A stretch of 64,000 nucleotides of DNA from Octopus vulgaris (GCA_951406725.2 OX597843.1:9424001-9488000); one strand, 5' to 3'. Positions 11,219 to 24,733 are shown, counted from the first letter of the stretch. Program-made: numbers and translations. Notes: generated by a model not told the origin, from the sequence alone.

Positions 11219-11436
11219 TAGTTTGTTAGTTTGTTAGTTAATTTTTTGGCTCAAAAAGCAAAAAGCAAGGCCATGTAGGGGGGACATGGAGCTATGTACA
11301 GGGTGGTGTTCATGAAAAGAGTTCAGGCCATTTGTGGTCAAGGGAGACTTTGAGCCGAGCGGTCGTCGGCATCTTCACCATCTCGTCCGGCAGCTTATTC
11401 CACGGATCCGTGTGTGTATATGTGTGTTAGTTAGTT
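11219..11436 (-). mobile_element. CR1/L2-group LINE 3'-end unit with (TAAC)n tail
   Basis: Minus strand translates DPWNKLPDEMVKMPTTARLKVSLDHKWPELF, a CR1-group ORF2 C-terminal pattern (WNxLP...FKxxLD). Followed by UTR and (taac)n. Confidence 0.75.
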
Positions 11437-11912
11437 GAAAGGCAAAGTTGACCTCGGCGGAATTTGAACTCAGAACATAACGGCAGACGGAATACCAATT
11501 TCTTTACTACCCACAAGGGGCTAAACACAGAGGGGACAAACAAGGACAGACAAATGGATTAAGTTGATTATATCGACCCCAGTGCATAACTGGTACTTTA
11601 ATTTATCGACCCCGAAATGATGAAAGGCAAAGTCGACCGCAGCAGAATTTGAACTCTCAACGTAGCGGCAGCCGAAATACCTATTTCTTTACTACCCACA
11701 AGGGGCTAAAGATAGAGGGGACAAACAAGGACAGACAAACGGATTAAGTTGATTATATCGACCCCAGTGCGTAACTGGTACTTATTTAATCGATCCCGAA
11801 ATGATGAAAGGCAAAGTCGACCGTGGCAGAATTTGAACTCTGAATGTAGCGGCAGCCAAAATACCGCTAAGCATTTCGCCCGGCGTGCTAACGATTCTGC
11901 CAGCTCACCGCC
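11437..11912 (-). mobile_element. Family B SINE head-to-tail trimer
   Basis: One full unit plus two headless units; junctions at ~11495 and ~11680. Confidence 0.88.
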
Positions 11913-12552
11913 TTTCAGTCAAACCATCTAACCCATGCCAGCATGGAAAGTAGACGTTAAATGATGATGACGACGATGAACTTAAATGCAGGTGAAACAC
12001 TGCTAAGCATTTCACCTGGCGTACTAACGAATTCTGCCAGCTCACAGCCTGAAAACGATTTTTAAAACATCCAATGGTTATAAGGGTCCATCTGAGTAGT
12101 AATAAGAATCTAAAGGGGCCCTTTGATAAAAAAAAAAAAATGGTAGGGAGCCACAGACCTAGCTGACTCAGTTGCCGACCCAGCAGATTGGTGGCTGACC
12201 AGATGGACCGAGGGCTGGACCCTGGCGGCTTCCGGCTACGAGGGTTGCTCCCTGCCGCCCCCAATCAAACAAACAGCCTGGACTGGTGGATGAATGTGTG
12301 GGAAATTCAGGACTAGGGGAGGTAACTTCGGGTATACTGCTACCCACCACCCAAAAAACCCCAGAAAAGTTTTTAAAAAGTCAGCACCAACTGCTAACCT
12401 CCATTTCATTGCCAAATGACGAGGGATACAAGAATATCGCACCCCACCCCAACCCCCGGACAGATCCCCAGTAATCATGGCTACTAGAGTCTGCACAGAA
12501 CATGGGGCTAGAGAGGGCTCTTCTCCTGTAGGTTATTAAACTAAACTCAAGC

Positions 12553-12950
12553 AAGGAGTGGCTGTGTGGTAAGTAGCTTGCTAACCAACCACATGGTTCC
12601 GGGTTCAGTCCCACTGCGTGGCATCTTGGGCAAGTGTCTTCTGCTATAGCCCCGGGCCGACCAAAGCCTTGTGAGTGGATTTGGTAGACGGAAACTGAAA
12701 GAAGCCTGTCGTATATATGTATATATATATATGTATGTTTGTGTGTTTGTGTTTGTCCCCCTAGCATTGCTTGACAACCGATGCTGGTGTGTTTACGTCC
12801 CAGTTACTTAGCGGTTCGGCAAAAGAGAGCGATAGAATAAGTACTGGGCTTACAAAAGAATAAGCCCCGGGGGTCGATTTGCTCGACTAAAAGGCAGTGC
12901 TCCAGCATGGCCACAATCAAATGACTGAAACAAGAAAAAGAGTAAAAAAG
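12553..12950 (+). mobile_element. Family A SINE, full length
   Basis: Head, CORE-like segment, TA/TG tract and aagagta tail. Confidence 0.9.
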
Positions 12951-13007
12951 AGGAAGAGTAATACCAAAACAAAGTTAACCAAACATCTATTTTTCTATTA
13001 AGTTTAT

Positions 13008-14568
13008 TGATGATGACGATGACGATGGTGGTGGTGGTGGTAGTGGTGGTGGTGTCAGTGGTATTGGTGATGGTTGTGGTGGTGGTGGTGGTGGTGGTGG
13101 TAGTGGTGGTGGTGTCAGTGGTATTGGTGATGGTTGTGGTGGTGGTGGTGGTGGTAGTGGTGGTGGTGGTAGTGGTGGTGGTGTCAGTGGTATTGGTGAT
13201 GGTTGTGGTGGTGGTAGTGGTGGTGGTGGTAGTGGTGGTAGTGGTGCTGGTGGTAGTGGTGGTGGTGGTAGTGGTGGTGGTAAGAAATGGGACAGCGGTA
13301 ATGACGATGATGGTGATTAGGATTATAGTGATGATGATGGTGATGAGATAAAAAGTAGGATGACAGGCTATGGTGGTGGTGGTGGTGGTGGTGGCGGCAA
13401 TGATGGTGTCGGTGTGGTAATTAGGATGCAGTGATGATGATGATGATGTTGGTGGTGGTGGTGGTGGTGGCTGGCGGGTGACGAAGAGTAAGAGATGGCA
13501 AGTGATAACGACAGTGCTGATGGCGATGACGATGATTATGGTGGTGGGGCGTGAGGCGGGCGGTGGTGACGGCGGGGTGAGGCAGCGTTTGTCACAGAAA
13601 TGGAAAAAGACAGCAAAAGAAGAAGGAGAAGAAGAAGATGAAGAGGACAATGAAGAAGAAGAAGGAGATGAAGAAGAAGGAAAAGAAGAAGAAGAAGAAA
13701 GAGGAGAAGAAGAAGAAGATAAAGAAGAAGAAGAACAAGGAGAAGGAGAAGAAGAAGAAGGAGAAGAAGAAGGAAAAGAAGAAGAAGAAGAGGACGAAGA
13801 AGAAGAGGACGAAGAAGAGGAAGAAGAAGGAAAAGGAGAAGAAGAAGAAAAAGGAGATGAAAAGAAGAAGAAGAAGAAGGAGAAGAAGAAGGAAAAGAAG
13901 AAGGAAAAGAAGAAGGAAAAGAAGAAGAAGGAAAAGAAGAAGAAGAAGAAAGAGGAGAAGAAGAAGAAGATAAAGAAGAAGAAGAACAAGGAGAAGGAGA
14001 AGAAGAAGAAGAAGAAGGAGAAGAAGAAGGAAAAGAAGAAGAAGAAGAGGACGAAGAAGAGGAAGAAGAAGGAAAAGAAGAAGAAGAAGAAGAAGGAGAA
14101 GAAGAAGGAAAAGAAGAAGGAAAAGAAGAAGAAGGAAAAGAAGAAGAGGACGAAGAAGAAGAGGAAGAAGGAGAAGAAGGAAAAGAAGAAGGAGAAGAAA
14201 AAGGAGATGAAAAGAAGGAGAAGAAGAAGAAGAAGAACAAGAACAACAAGAAGAAGAAGAGGAAGAATTGGAAGAAGAAGAAGGAGAAAGGACGGCAGAT
14301 GTAGACACAGAGAAAGGAAACAAAAACAAAAACAAAAACAAAAACAAAGAAACAAAGAAACAAAACAACTGTCTTTGATTCCTGCTGGCTCCAAACCAAT
14401 TTGGAACAACAACAACAACAACTACAACAACATCTGGATGATCAGTAGTAGTAGTAGTGGTGGTGGTGGTGGTGGTGGTGGTAAGATGCTGGTTGACTAA
14501 TAGTTGTGGGTCATATCTACTGGAATCATGAGAATATTTAAAGGAAATTACACAAAACAAGCAGCAAC

Positions 14569-14633
<65 letters not shown>

Positions 14634-14663
14634 TAGTAGTAGCAGTAGCAGCAGCAGCAGCAG
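13008..14663. repeat. Low-complexity block: (GTG)n variants, a ~680-bp GAA/GGA polypurine tract (13615-14290), (GTA/GCA)n
   Basis: Seen directly; explains the 523-, 340-, 322- and 287-aa low-complexity ORFs. Confidence 0.95.
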
Positions 14664-16484
14664 TCATTAAACTGTTCCTCTTACTATTACAACACATTCT
14701 TGTCCTATTTATTATCTGTGGGGGTAATCACTGTTGTAGTGCCGGAGTGGTACTGTTTTGGTGCTGTGGTTTGTGTTGTAGTGGTAAATGACCATTGTAT
14801 TGGTTGGAGTGTTGCGGTGTTAGTTGTGTTGTGGTGTGGTGTAGGTGGTTGGTTGCTTGTGTCAGCAATGGTGTGTGAGAATGGTGTCCGAGTTTTGGTA
14901 AGAAGCGCGCACACGCATACACAGAAACACGCACGCACGCACACAAAGTATCCTTCTCTCACTCTTTCTCACACACACACACACACACACAATCTCCCAT
15001 CGACAAACACACAAACGACACACACACAAACGTATAAGCATAAACACCCACACAACAAACACAAACACTCTCTTTCTCTCTCTCACACACACACACATCT
15101 CCCATCGACACACACACAAACACATAAGCATAAACACTCACACACACAAACTCTCTCTCACGTAGACACGGACACACACACACAGACATACACCTACACC
15201 CCCATCAACACAGAGAAACATACACACACACAGAGAGAGAGAGAGAGAAACGCACACAAAAACACAACCACACACATTTATTTAAACTTTATTAAAGGCA
15301 AAACAAACACTCACCACCGCCGCAGCTACCACCACCACCACCGACTCCACCACCACCACCACCACCATCACTGACTCCACCACCACCACCACCACCACCA
15401 CTATTACCACCACCATCACTGACTCCACCACTACCACCACTACCATCACTGATTCCACCACCATCATCACCACCACCACCACCACTACTACCACCACCAC
15501 CCTGACTCCACCACCACCGCCGCCACCCTGACCAAGTCCAAGAAATGCCATCGTTCATATTTAACACAGTTCTGAAAACAAGTTTGAAAAAGTGGACAAG
15601 CTACTTCAATAGCCTCCAAAGCAAACAGACAACTTAATCACTGACCAACCATCACTAAAATATGATTCACAATGTTCTACCATAAATTAACTCGTCTAAT
15701 TACTCCTAATCGACTTAGTTATTACCATAAAAATAATTGGAATACTAACTTTTTTTTCAAAAGTAATCTTAAGACAAGATTTCTTTAACTGTCAACTCAT
15801 CTGTTTTCTATTCTCTTCACCATTTAGCATTTAAACCGGTCGTATCCGGTCCAAATATTTGACCTGTTTTCTGTTCAAAGCAGCCAGATCTAGTCTGTCA
15901 CACCTGCCCTACAATGTCACTACGTCTATCTATATTTTATCTTCTAATTGTTTCTGTCATTAGACCGTGGCCATACATGAGGGACTGCCTTGAAGAATTT
16001 TAGTCAAATCAACAAATCAACCCCAGGAATTATATTTTCTTCCCATGCTCGCTCCCCTCTCAGAATTCCTTGTCTTCCAATTTATTTGGTGACCCTGCCG
16101 GTGCTGGTGCCACATAAAAAGCGCTCAGTCCACTCTGTGGGGCAGCTGGTGTTAGGAAGGGCATCCAGCCGTATAAAAAAAACCAAAACAGACACAGAAG
16201 CCTGGTGCAGTCTTCTCCCTGTACAGTTCCTGTCAAACCATCCAATAATGCCATCGTTATTCCAAATCATATACTTGACATAATATATACTACGCACGTT
16301 TCATGACAACATATTCCTCGATATAGCTGAAACAGAGGTTTCGAAATACAATACCATATTAAAACGATTATATTGCCAATCTTCAGGTTATATGAACTTA
16401 TTTTGCTTTTTACATCCTATATAAAGACACGACAAACTAAAATTATATAAGTAGAAGTTGTTGGAATAATTTTATTTATTTTAC

Positions 16485-17665
16485 AGCATGGGTGCTTTGT
16501 ATGTGGGGACAGCATGGATGCTTTCTATGAGGGGCCAGCAAGGATGCTTTCTATGTGGGGACAGCAAGGATGCTTTCTATGTGGGGACAGCATGGATGCT
16601 TTCTATGAGGGGCCAGCAAGGATGCTTTCTATGTGGGGACAGCATGGATGCCTTCTGTGTGGGGCCAGCATGGGTGCTTTGTATGTGGGGCCAGCATGGG
16701 TGCTTTCTATGTGGGGACAGCATGGATGCCTTCTGTGTGGGGCCAGCATGGGTGCTTTGTATGTGGGGCCAACATGGGTGCTTTGTATGTGGGGCCAGCA
16801 TGGGTGCTTTGTATGTGGGGCCAGCATGGGTGCTTTCTATGTGGGGCCAACATGGGTGCTTTCTATGTGGGGCCAGCAAGGATGCTTTCTATGTGGGGAC
16901 AGCATGGATGCCTTCTGTGTGGGGCCAGCATGGGTGCTTTCTATGTGGGGCCAGCATGGGTGCTTTGTATGTGGGGCCAGCATGGGTGCTTTGTATGTGG
17001 GGCCAGCATGGGTGCTTTGTATGTGGGGCCAGCAAGGATGCTTTCTGTGTGGGGCCAGCATGGGTGCTTTCTATGTGGGGCCAGCAAGGATGCTTTCTAT
17101 GTGGGGACAGCATGGATGCCTTCTGTGTGGGGCCAGCATGGGTGCTTTGTATGTGGGGCCAGCAAGGATGCTTTCTATGTGGGGACAGCATGGATGCCTT
17201 CTGTGTGGGGCCAGCATGGGTGCTTTGTATGTGGGGCCAGCAAGGATGCTTTCTATGTGGGGCCAGCATGGGTGTTTTCTATATGGGGCCAGCACGGATG
17301 CTTTGTATGTGGGGCCAGCATGGATGCCTTCTGTGTGGGGCCAGCATGGGTGCTTTGTATGTGGGGCCAGCAAGGATGCTTTCTATGTGGGGCCAGCATG
17401 GATGCTTTGTATGTGGGGCCAGCATGGATGCTTTGTATGTGGGGCCAGCACGGATGCTTTGTATGTGGGGCCAGCATGGGTGCTTTATATGTGGGGCCAG
17501 CATGGGTGCTTTCTATGTGGGGCCAGCATGGGTGCTTTCTATGTGGGGCCAGCATGGGTGCTTTCTATGTGGGGCCAGCATGGGTGCTTTCTATGTGGGG
17601 CCAGCATGGATGCTTTGTATGTGGGGCCAGCATGGGTGTTTTCTATGTGGGGCCAGCATGGGTGA
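16485..17665. repeat. 26-bp G-rich minisatellite, ~45 copies
   Basis: Unit gtggggccagcatgggtgctttctat with interspersed variants. Confidence 0.97.
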
Positions 17666-17866
17666 TTTTCATGTGGCATCAACATGGATGTCATGTACGT
17701 AGCGCCAGTACAAATGCTTTCTACATGGAGCCATACTTTATACATGTATAATTTATGTAGGTGTGTGTATGTGTGTCACTCTCATTGCCTCAACTTCATA
17801 TGATGCTTGTAAATAAATGTTACCACCATGGGGGCTATGCCTATATGAATCTACATACTCCACCAC

Positions 17867-17897
<31 letters not shown>

Positions 17898-17939
17898 TTG
17901 CCATTTACAGGTCGGACACTCCATTTAATGAGCCTAAAT

Positions 17940-18126
17940 TAGTGGTTCACAACCACAGCTCCAACGACCACATGAAACACTCAAGTATATTCCTCTATAA
18001 ATATTAATTACTATAAAACATTTAACTTTAATTGACTTGCCTTTTACTTACTTAAGTGCAGGTTCCCTAAAAGAGAAATCCCGGTTTTGGATTGGACCCA
18101 GATACGAAAATGGTTGAAAGCCACTG
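17940..18126. mobile_element. hAT (Charlie/Buster-type) MITE
   Basis: TIR-like tagtggttcacaacc / ggttgaaagccactg; 8-bp TSD gcctaaat / gtctaaat with central TA. Confidence 0.7.
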
Positions 18127-18146
18127 GTCTAAATTCTCATGCCAGA

Positions 18147-18178
<32 letters not shown>

Positions 18179-18420
18179 TAAGCCTTGTATTAAGTACCAA
18201 AGCTTCATTGAGGACAAAAGCAATTTATTGGAAGGACTCCAAAGGCAATTGGTGACACACTGACACACAGTGAGTGTATGGGTGGAGAGAGAGAGTTGGG
18301 GGGGCAGAAAGTGAAGGGGAGGGCAGAAATGTTTCTTCGATGGGTGCATACACATCTGGGGTAGGTGTCTCTATGTGAGTGCATGGGTGTATTTTATATA
18401 CATGCTGTGTGTGTATACTC

Positions 18421-18830
18421 TCTCTTTTCTCTTTTACTTGTTTCAGTCATTTGACTGCAGCCATGCTGGAGCACCGCCTTTAATCGAGCAACTCAACCCC
18501 GGGACTCATTCTTTTGTAAGCCCAGTACTTATTCTATCGGTCTCTTTTGCCGAACCGCTAAGTAACGGGGACATAAACACACCAGCATCGGTTGTCAAGC
18601 AATGCTAGGGGGACAAACACAGACACACAAACATACACGCAAACACACACATATACATACATATATACGACAGGCTTCTTTCAGTTTCTGTCTACCAAAT
18701 CCACTCACAAGGCATTGGTCGGCCCGGGGCTATAGCAGAAGACACTTGCCCAAGGTGCCACGCAGTGGGACTGAACCCGGAACCATGTGGTTGGTTAGCA
18801 AGCTACTTACCACACAGCCACTCCTGCGCC
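18421..18830 (-). mobile_element. Family A SINE, full length
   Basis: Reverse complement of the family A consensus. Confidence 0.9.
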
Positions 18831-18939
18831 TATGTGTATGTGTGTGTGTATAACAACCTATATTTCACCACACTAATTTATCACAAGAATCTCTTATCGG
18901 AGAATCACAACTTCAACATGGGTGTGTATATGTATATGG

Positions 18940-18978
<39 letters not shown>

Positions 18979-19257
18979 TACATACACAGATATGTGCGTG
19001 TATATACATGTAGTGGTGGTGGTGATGACAACTGAGTGACACGGTTGAAGGAATTACTGTTGTGAGGGAGATGGAAGTGGGGTAGGTGAAACATATACAT
19101 GTTTGTATGTATGTATGTACATATACATACACACACAGTGCTAGCATAGAAAAATGCATGTTAAATGAATGACTATGTAAATACACATTTATACACACAT
19201 ACATATTTATTACATACTCACACATATATACATACATATATATACACACACACACAC

Positions 19258-19328
<71 letters not shown>

Positions 19329-19407
19329 CACACACACACAACTTATCTATATATTTACACACACACATATATATACATATATACACACACACACACATAT
19401 ATATATA

Positions 19408-19447
<40 letters not shown>

Positions 19448-19825
19448 CACACACACACACAACTTATCTATATATTTATACACACCTAAGATGCTGACAG
19501 TGGTGGAATAGTGATAGGTGTAGAGATACAGGAGTGGGGTGGTGGTGGTGGTGGTAGCAGCGACGGGGGGGGGGGGGCAGACAGACACAGTAAGCGGGGG
19601 TGGAGGTGGGACAGCATGCTCGCCCCCATCTATCCTCCCCCTCTGCAAAAAAACGACGCCTTACCATCCAACCCCTAAACAACATCCTGTAAGGTAATGT
19701 AGTTCTGCATTACTACCTGATAAAAGAGGGTGGTCATGACTGGATTGATACAGACCTGACCTTGGATTTAGTTAGAAGGGTCACGTCAACCACTAAGACA
19801 ACAACTACTACTACTTTTATGACTT

Positions 19826-19945
19826 TAGTAGTAGTAGTAGTAGTGGTGGTGGTGGTGGTGGTAGCAGCAGCATTAGTAGTAGTAGTAGTAGTAGTAGTAG
19901 TAGAAATAATAGAAGTATTAGTAGTGGTGGTGGTGGTAGTAGTAG

Positions 19946-19983
<38 letters not shown>

Positions 19984-20361
19984 ATAATAGAAGTATTAGT
20001 AGTGGTGGTGGTGGTAGTAGGAGTAATAGTAGGAGTAGTAGTAGTAGTGGTGGTAGAAATAATAGAAGTATTAGTAGTGGTGGTGGTGGTAGTAGTAGTG
20101 GTAGTAGGAGTAGTAGTAGTAGTGGTGGTAGAAATAATAGAAGTATTAGTAGTGGTGGTGGTGGTAGTAGTAGGAGTAGTAGTAGTAGTAGTAGTAGTGG
20201 TGGTAGAAATAATAGAAGTATTAGTAGTGGTGGTGGTGGTAGTAGTAGTGGTAGTAGGAGTAGTAGTAGTAGTGGTGGTAGAAATAATAGAAGTATTAGT
20301 AGTGGTGGTGGTGGTGGTAGTAGTAGTGGTAGCAGGAGTAGTAGTAGTAGTAGTAGTAGTA
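19826..20361. repeat. (GTA/GTG)n with six interspersed gaaataatagaagtatta spacers (~75-bp higher-order repeat)
   Basis: Seen directly. Confidence 0.92.
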
Positions 20362-20517
20362 AAGAGACAGACTACAAGTTAGAGAATGGGGTGTGGAGGG
20401 GGAAGGATTTTTGAGAGGGAGAAACACGAGAGGATAAAGAGGTAGAGAAAAGGAGAGAGAAGACAATAATGTCCACACAACCCCACTTTCAGTCCTTTAA
20501 TAAATGTAAAGATAGGG

Positions 20518-21280
20518 GGCACAAGTGTGGCTGTGTGGTAAGAAGCTTGCTTCCCAACCACATGGTTCCAGGTTCAGTCCCACTGCATGGTACCTTGGGC
20601 AAGTCTCTTCTACTATAGTTTTGGGCTGACCAAAGCCGTGTGAGTGGACTTTGTATGTATATGTGCACGAGAAGCATGTGCCTGTGTTTGTCTCCCACCA
20701 CTGCTTGTCAAACAGTGTTGGTTTGTTTACAGCCCTGTAACTTAGTCGCTCAACAAAAGAGATTATAGAATGAGTATCAGGCTTAAAAAAATGTAATGGG
20801 GTTGATTCAGCCAAAAATTCCTTTAAGGTGGTACTCCAGTAAGGCCACAGTCTAATGACTGAAGCAAGATCAAGGATATATATCGGGCATGGCTGTGTGG
20901 TAAGTAGCTTGCTTACCAACCACATGGTTACGGGTTCAGTCTCACTGCGTAGCAACTTGGGCAAAGGTCTTCGACTATAGCCCCGGGCCGACCAATGCCT
21001 TGTGAGTGGATTTGGTAGACGGAAACTGAAAGAAGCCCGTCGTATATATGTATATATGTGTGTGTGTGTCTGTGTTTGTCCCCCTAGCATTGCTTGACAA
21101 CCGATGCTGGTGTGTTTACGTCCCCGTTACTTAGCGGTTCGGCAAAAGAGACCGATAGAATAAGAACTGGGCTTACAAAGAATAAGTGCCCGGGGTGGGG
21201 TGGGGCCGATTTGACAGAGTGGGGCCTATAAAGGGGGTGCTCCAGCATGGCCGCAGTCAAATGACTGAAACAAGTAAAAA
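20518..21280 (+). mobile_element. Two consecutive family A SINEs (older, then younger)
   Basis: Heads at ~20518 and ~20887. Confidence 0.85.
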
Positions 21281-22068
21281 AAAAAAAAAAAAGAATATAT
21301 ACACGTGTAACTGTAAACATGAGGGAAGCGAGCAAGGGGCTGTTACATCCCCTTCCCCCTTCTTGCTCTTCCGACTTGCTCCTTCTTCCCCCCCCTCCCC
21401 GAACATCAACACTATAACATCCGTACCCCCAAACCCCACCTGCTCTGCTTCATACCTTGCTAACCTTCTTAAAACTTCATTCAACCCAAGACACAGGGTG
21501 TGTTCGTGTGCGTGGAAGGTGGGGTGTGGAATCGACTGGGGGGTGATAGAGAGGGTGGGGGAACCAATTAGTGTTTATTCAACAACACCCCATACACACG
21601 TGTAAATACACACACACACACACACACACACACATGGATGGCAGAGTAACGATTATGCAAAATAACATATACATACATATATACATATACTTCATGAGTA
21701 TATACTTCATGAGTATAGCCTCACCCACTAAGATGTTTGGAGAACTCATATGTATTTTAGCTGATGAGTACGGGACACTTTTATCTGCTGCAATTTTTGC
21801 AACTTTTAATAAAGTCTGTCTTTGTATGAAACAATTGTACTAAAAACTAATCCATTCTTGTTGCTTCTTTCTCGTTTATAATCACCCCACATTACTGTAT
21901 GGTTAACACCATATAGTTTTCTGGTGCATCTAAGTTAAGTACCGCATTCAAGTGAATTCATTACAATTGACTTGAATCTTTGCTTTTATACATATATATA
22001 TATATATATATACATTTATATATACATAAATATATATATACATACATGTATATATACATATATACATA

Positions 22069-22106
<38 letters not shown>

Positions 22107-22241
22107 CATATATACATATACATATATATATATCACTAAACACACACATGCACATCGATGTACATATACCCCCCCACCATATTTACACATACTGACATGC
22201 ACACACACACACACACACAAACCTACATAATATATACAACA

Positions 22242-22274
<33 letters not shown>

Positions 22275-22412
22275 CAGTGGCGGCCAAAATGTTTCTATAA
22301 TTTTCACAGACAATAAATACGATATGATTTGCCAGAGATTTTGGTGTAATTTGAGAGGATAATACAAAAGTTATGTATGATTTAGTGATTTACTGCAAAA
22401 CCCATGGCGGCC

Positions 22413-23275
22413 ACCCACATGGTTCCAGGTTCAGTCCCACTGCATGGCACCTTGGGCAAGTGTCTTCTACTATAGCCTTGGGCCGACCAATGCCTTGTGA
22501 GTGGATCTGGTAGACGGAAACTGAAAGAAGCCCGTCGTATATATGTATATGTATATATATGTGTTTGTCCCCCTAGCATTGCTTGACAACCGATGCTGGT
22601 GTGTTTACGTCCCCATCACTTAGCGGTTCGGCAAAAAGAGACCGATAGAATAAGTACTGGGCTTACAAACAGTAAGTCCCGGGATCAATTTGCTCGACTA
22701 AAGGCTGTGCTCCAGCATGGCCACAATCAAATGACTGAAACAAGTAAAAGAGTTAAAGAATTTCTGTGATTCGAGCGGCTGTTATTAAACAGGAATGTTT
22801 ATAGAATCCCCAACCCCATACACACCCACCCACCATCACCACCACCACCACCACCACCTGCCCTGACTTCTCATTGTTTATTTACTTAATGCTACTTATT
22901 GGAAGCTTCCTGTCCTTTTGTAATTTCAATTTCGAGGGGAGGGGCAAAACGCTTGCTCATTAATGATGTCAATTTCTAAGAAAAGATAAACAGATTTGGT
23001 AGACGGAAACTGAAAGAAGCCTGTCGTATACATGTATATATATATATATATATGTGTATGTGTGTTTGTTTGTGTGTCTGTCTTTGTCCCCCTAGCATTG
23101 CTTGACAACCGATGCTGGTGTGTTTATGTCCCTGTCACTTAGCGGTTCGGCAAAAGAGACCGATAGAATAAGTACTGGGCTTACAAAGAATAAGTCCCGG
23201 GGTCGAGTTGCTCGATTAAAGGCGGTGCTCCAGCATGGCCGCAGTCAAAATGACTGAAACAAGTAAAACAGTAAA
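22413..23275 (+). mobile_element. Two 5'-truncated family A SINEs
   Basis: Copies at 22413-22757 and 22992-23275. Confidence 0.85.
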
Positions 23276-23319
23276 AAAGAGAGCTATTATGCTCGCAAAG
23301 TAGATTTGCCTTCAGTTTC

Positions 23320-23527
23320 GGCTTCTGTGGATGTGAAAACTGGGAAGTGACGAAAATGAAAGGAGGAACAAACGACGACGTTGAATTCACGTGTTTAAGG
23401 GGAACCCTCGACGTCAAGGGGCTGCAAAGAAATTGAAAATGATACAATTGAGAAGACGATGGGCATCAAAAGGGTCATGGAGGAAATAAGACGCAGACAC
23501 TGGAATTGGATCAGACAGGCCCTCAGG
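23320..23527 (+). mobile_element. Old RTE-clade LINE ORF2 fragment
   Basis: Translates CGCENWEVTK...EFTCLRGTLDV, then after a frameshift IENDTIEKTMGIKRVMEEIRRRHWNWIRQALR. Matches the RTE C-terminal YGxExW...RRxxWxGHxxR pattern. Confidence 0.65.
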
Positions 23528-23633
23528 CCCGAGGCTATAACAGAAGACACTTTCCCAAGGTGCCACGCAGTGGGACTGAACCCGGAACCATGTGGCTGGT
23601 AAGCAAGCTACTTACCACACAGCCACTCCTGCG

Positions 23634-23670
<37 letters not shown>

Positions 23671-24016
23671 GACGGGCTTCTTTTCAGTTTCCGTCTACCA
23701 AATCCTCTCACAAGGCTTTGGTCGGCCCAGGGCTATAGCAGAAGACACTTGTCCATGATGCCACGCAGTGGGACTGAACCCGGAACCATGTGGTTGGTAA
23801 GCAAGCTACTTACCACACAGCCACTCTTGCGCCTATATATATATATACATATATACGACGGGCTTCTTTCAGTTTCCGTCTACCAAATCCACTCACAAGG
23901 CTTTGGTCGGGTTGAGGCTCTAGTAGAAGACACTTACCCAAGATGCCACGCAGTGGGACTGAACCCGGAACCATGTGGTTGGTAAGCAAGCTACTTACCA
24001 CTCAGCCACTCCTGCA
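23525..24016 (-). mobile_element. Three tandem family A SINE heads joined by (TA)n
   Basis: Repeated gtgggactgaacccggaaccatgtgg at ~23571, ~23768 and ~23954. Confidence 0.88.
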
Positions 24017-24319
24017 TACACATAGTTAGAAAGCAGTATGGTGGCACTAAAGTGGCAGTCTGAGAGGGAAAGAGCGGTAGGGTACCCTAAAAGCACAGGG
24101 CAAAGGACCAATGATAAAGAAGGACCAATGATAAAGAAAGGAGATGAGAAGGGTGGAGAAGTTGGAGTGTGACCAAGAACACTGGCAGAAAACGGGGCTG
24201 ATTGGAGAGTGTCGCAGCCCAAAGTGCCTTGTGGCACAGAGGGAACTAACTAACACTTTATAATGTGGTGGTGCTAGGAAGACCACCCAGCTGTAGAAGT
24301 AATACCTAAGAATGATGAA

Positions 24320-24733
24320 GGCGACGAGCTGGCAGAGACGTTAGCACACCGGGCGAAATGCGTAGCCGTATTTCGTCTGCCACTACGTTCTGAGTTCAAA
24401 TTCCGCCGAGGTTGACTTTGCCTTTCATCCTTTCGGGGTCGATAAATTAAGTACCAGTTACGCACTGGGGTCGATGTAATCGACTTAATCCCTTTGTCTG
24501 TCCTTGTTTGTCCCCTCTGTGTTTAGCCCCTTGTGGGTAGTAAAGAAATAGGTACTTCGTCTGCTGTTACGTTCTGAGTTCAAATTCCGCCGAGGTCGAC
24601 TTTGCCTTTCATCCTTTCGGGGTCGATAAATTAAGTACCAGTTACGCACTGGGGTCGATGTAATCGACTTAATCCCTTGTCTGTCCTTGTTTGTTCCCTC
24701 TGTGTTTAGCCCCTTGTGGGTAGTAAAGAAGTA
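24320..24733 (+). mobile_element. Family B SINE dimer
   Basis: Full unit then headless unit; junction gaaataggtacttcgtctgc at ~24545. Confidence 0.88.

Noticed and set aside
12223-12262. HDV-like ribozyme fold (GGCGGC...AGGG-ttgct-CCCT-GCCGCC)
   Set aside because: No GG for P1.1, no P2 partner and no catalytic J4/2 segment could be placed.
12850-14560. Long ORFs (523, 340, 322, 287 aa)
   Set aside because: Translations of GAA/GTG microsatellites, open in several frames on both strands, with no domain content.
16488-17751. Three overlapping ~380-400-aa ORFs
   Set aside because: A nearly stop-free 26-bp unit leaves all three + frames open; this is a minisatellite artefact.
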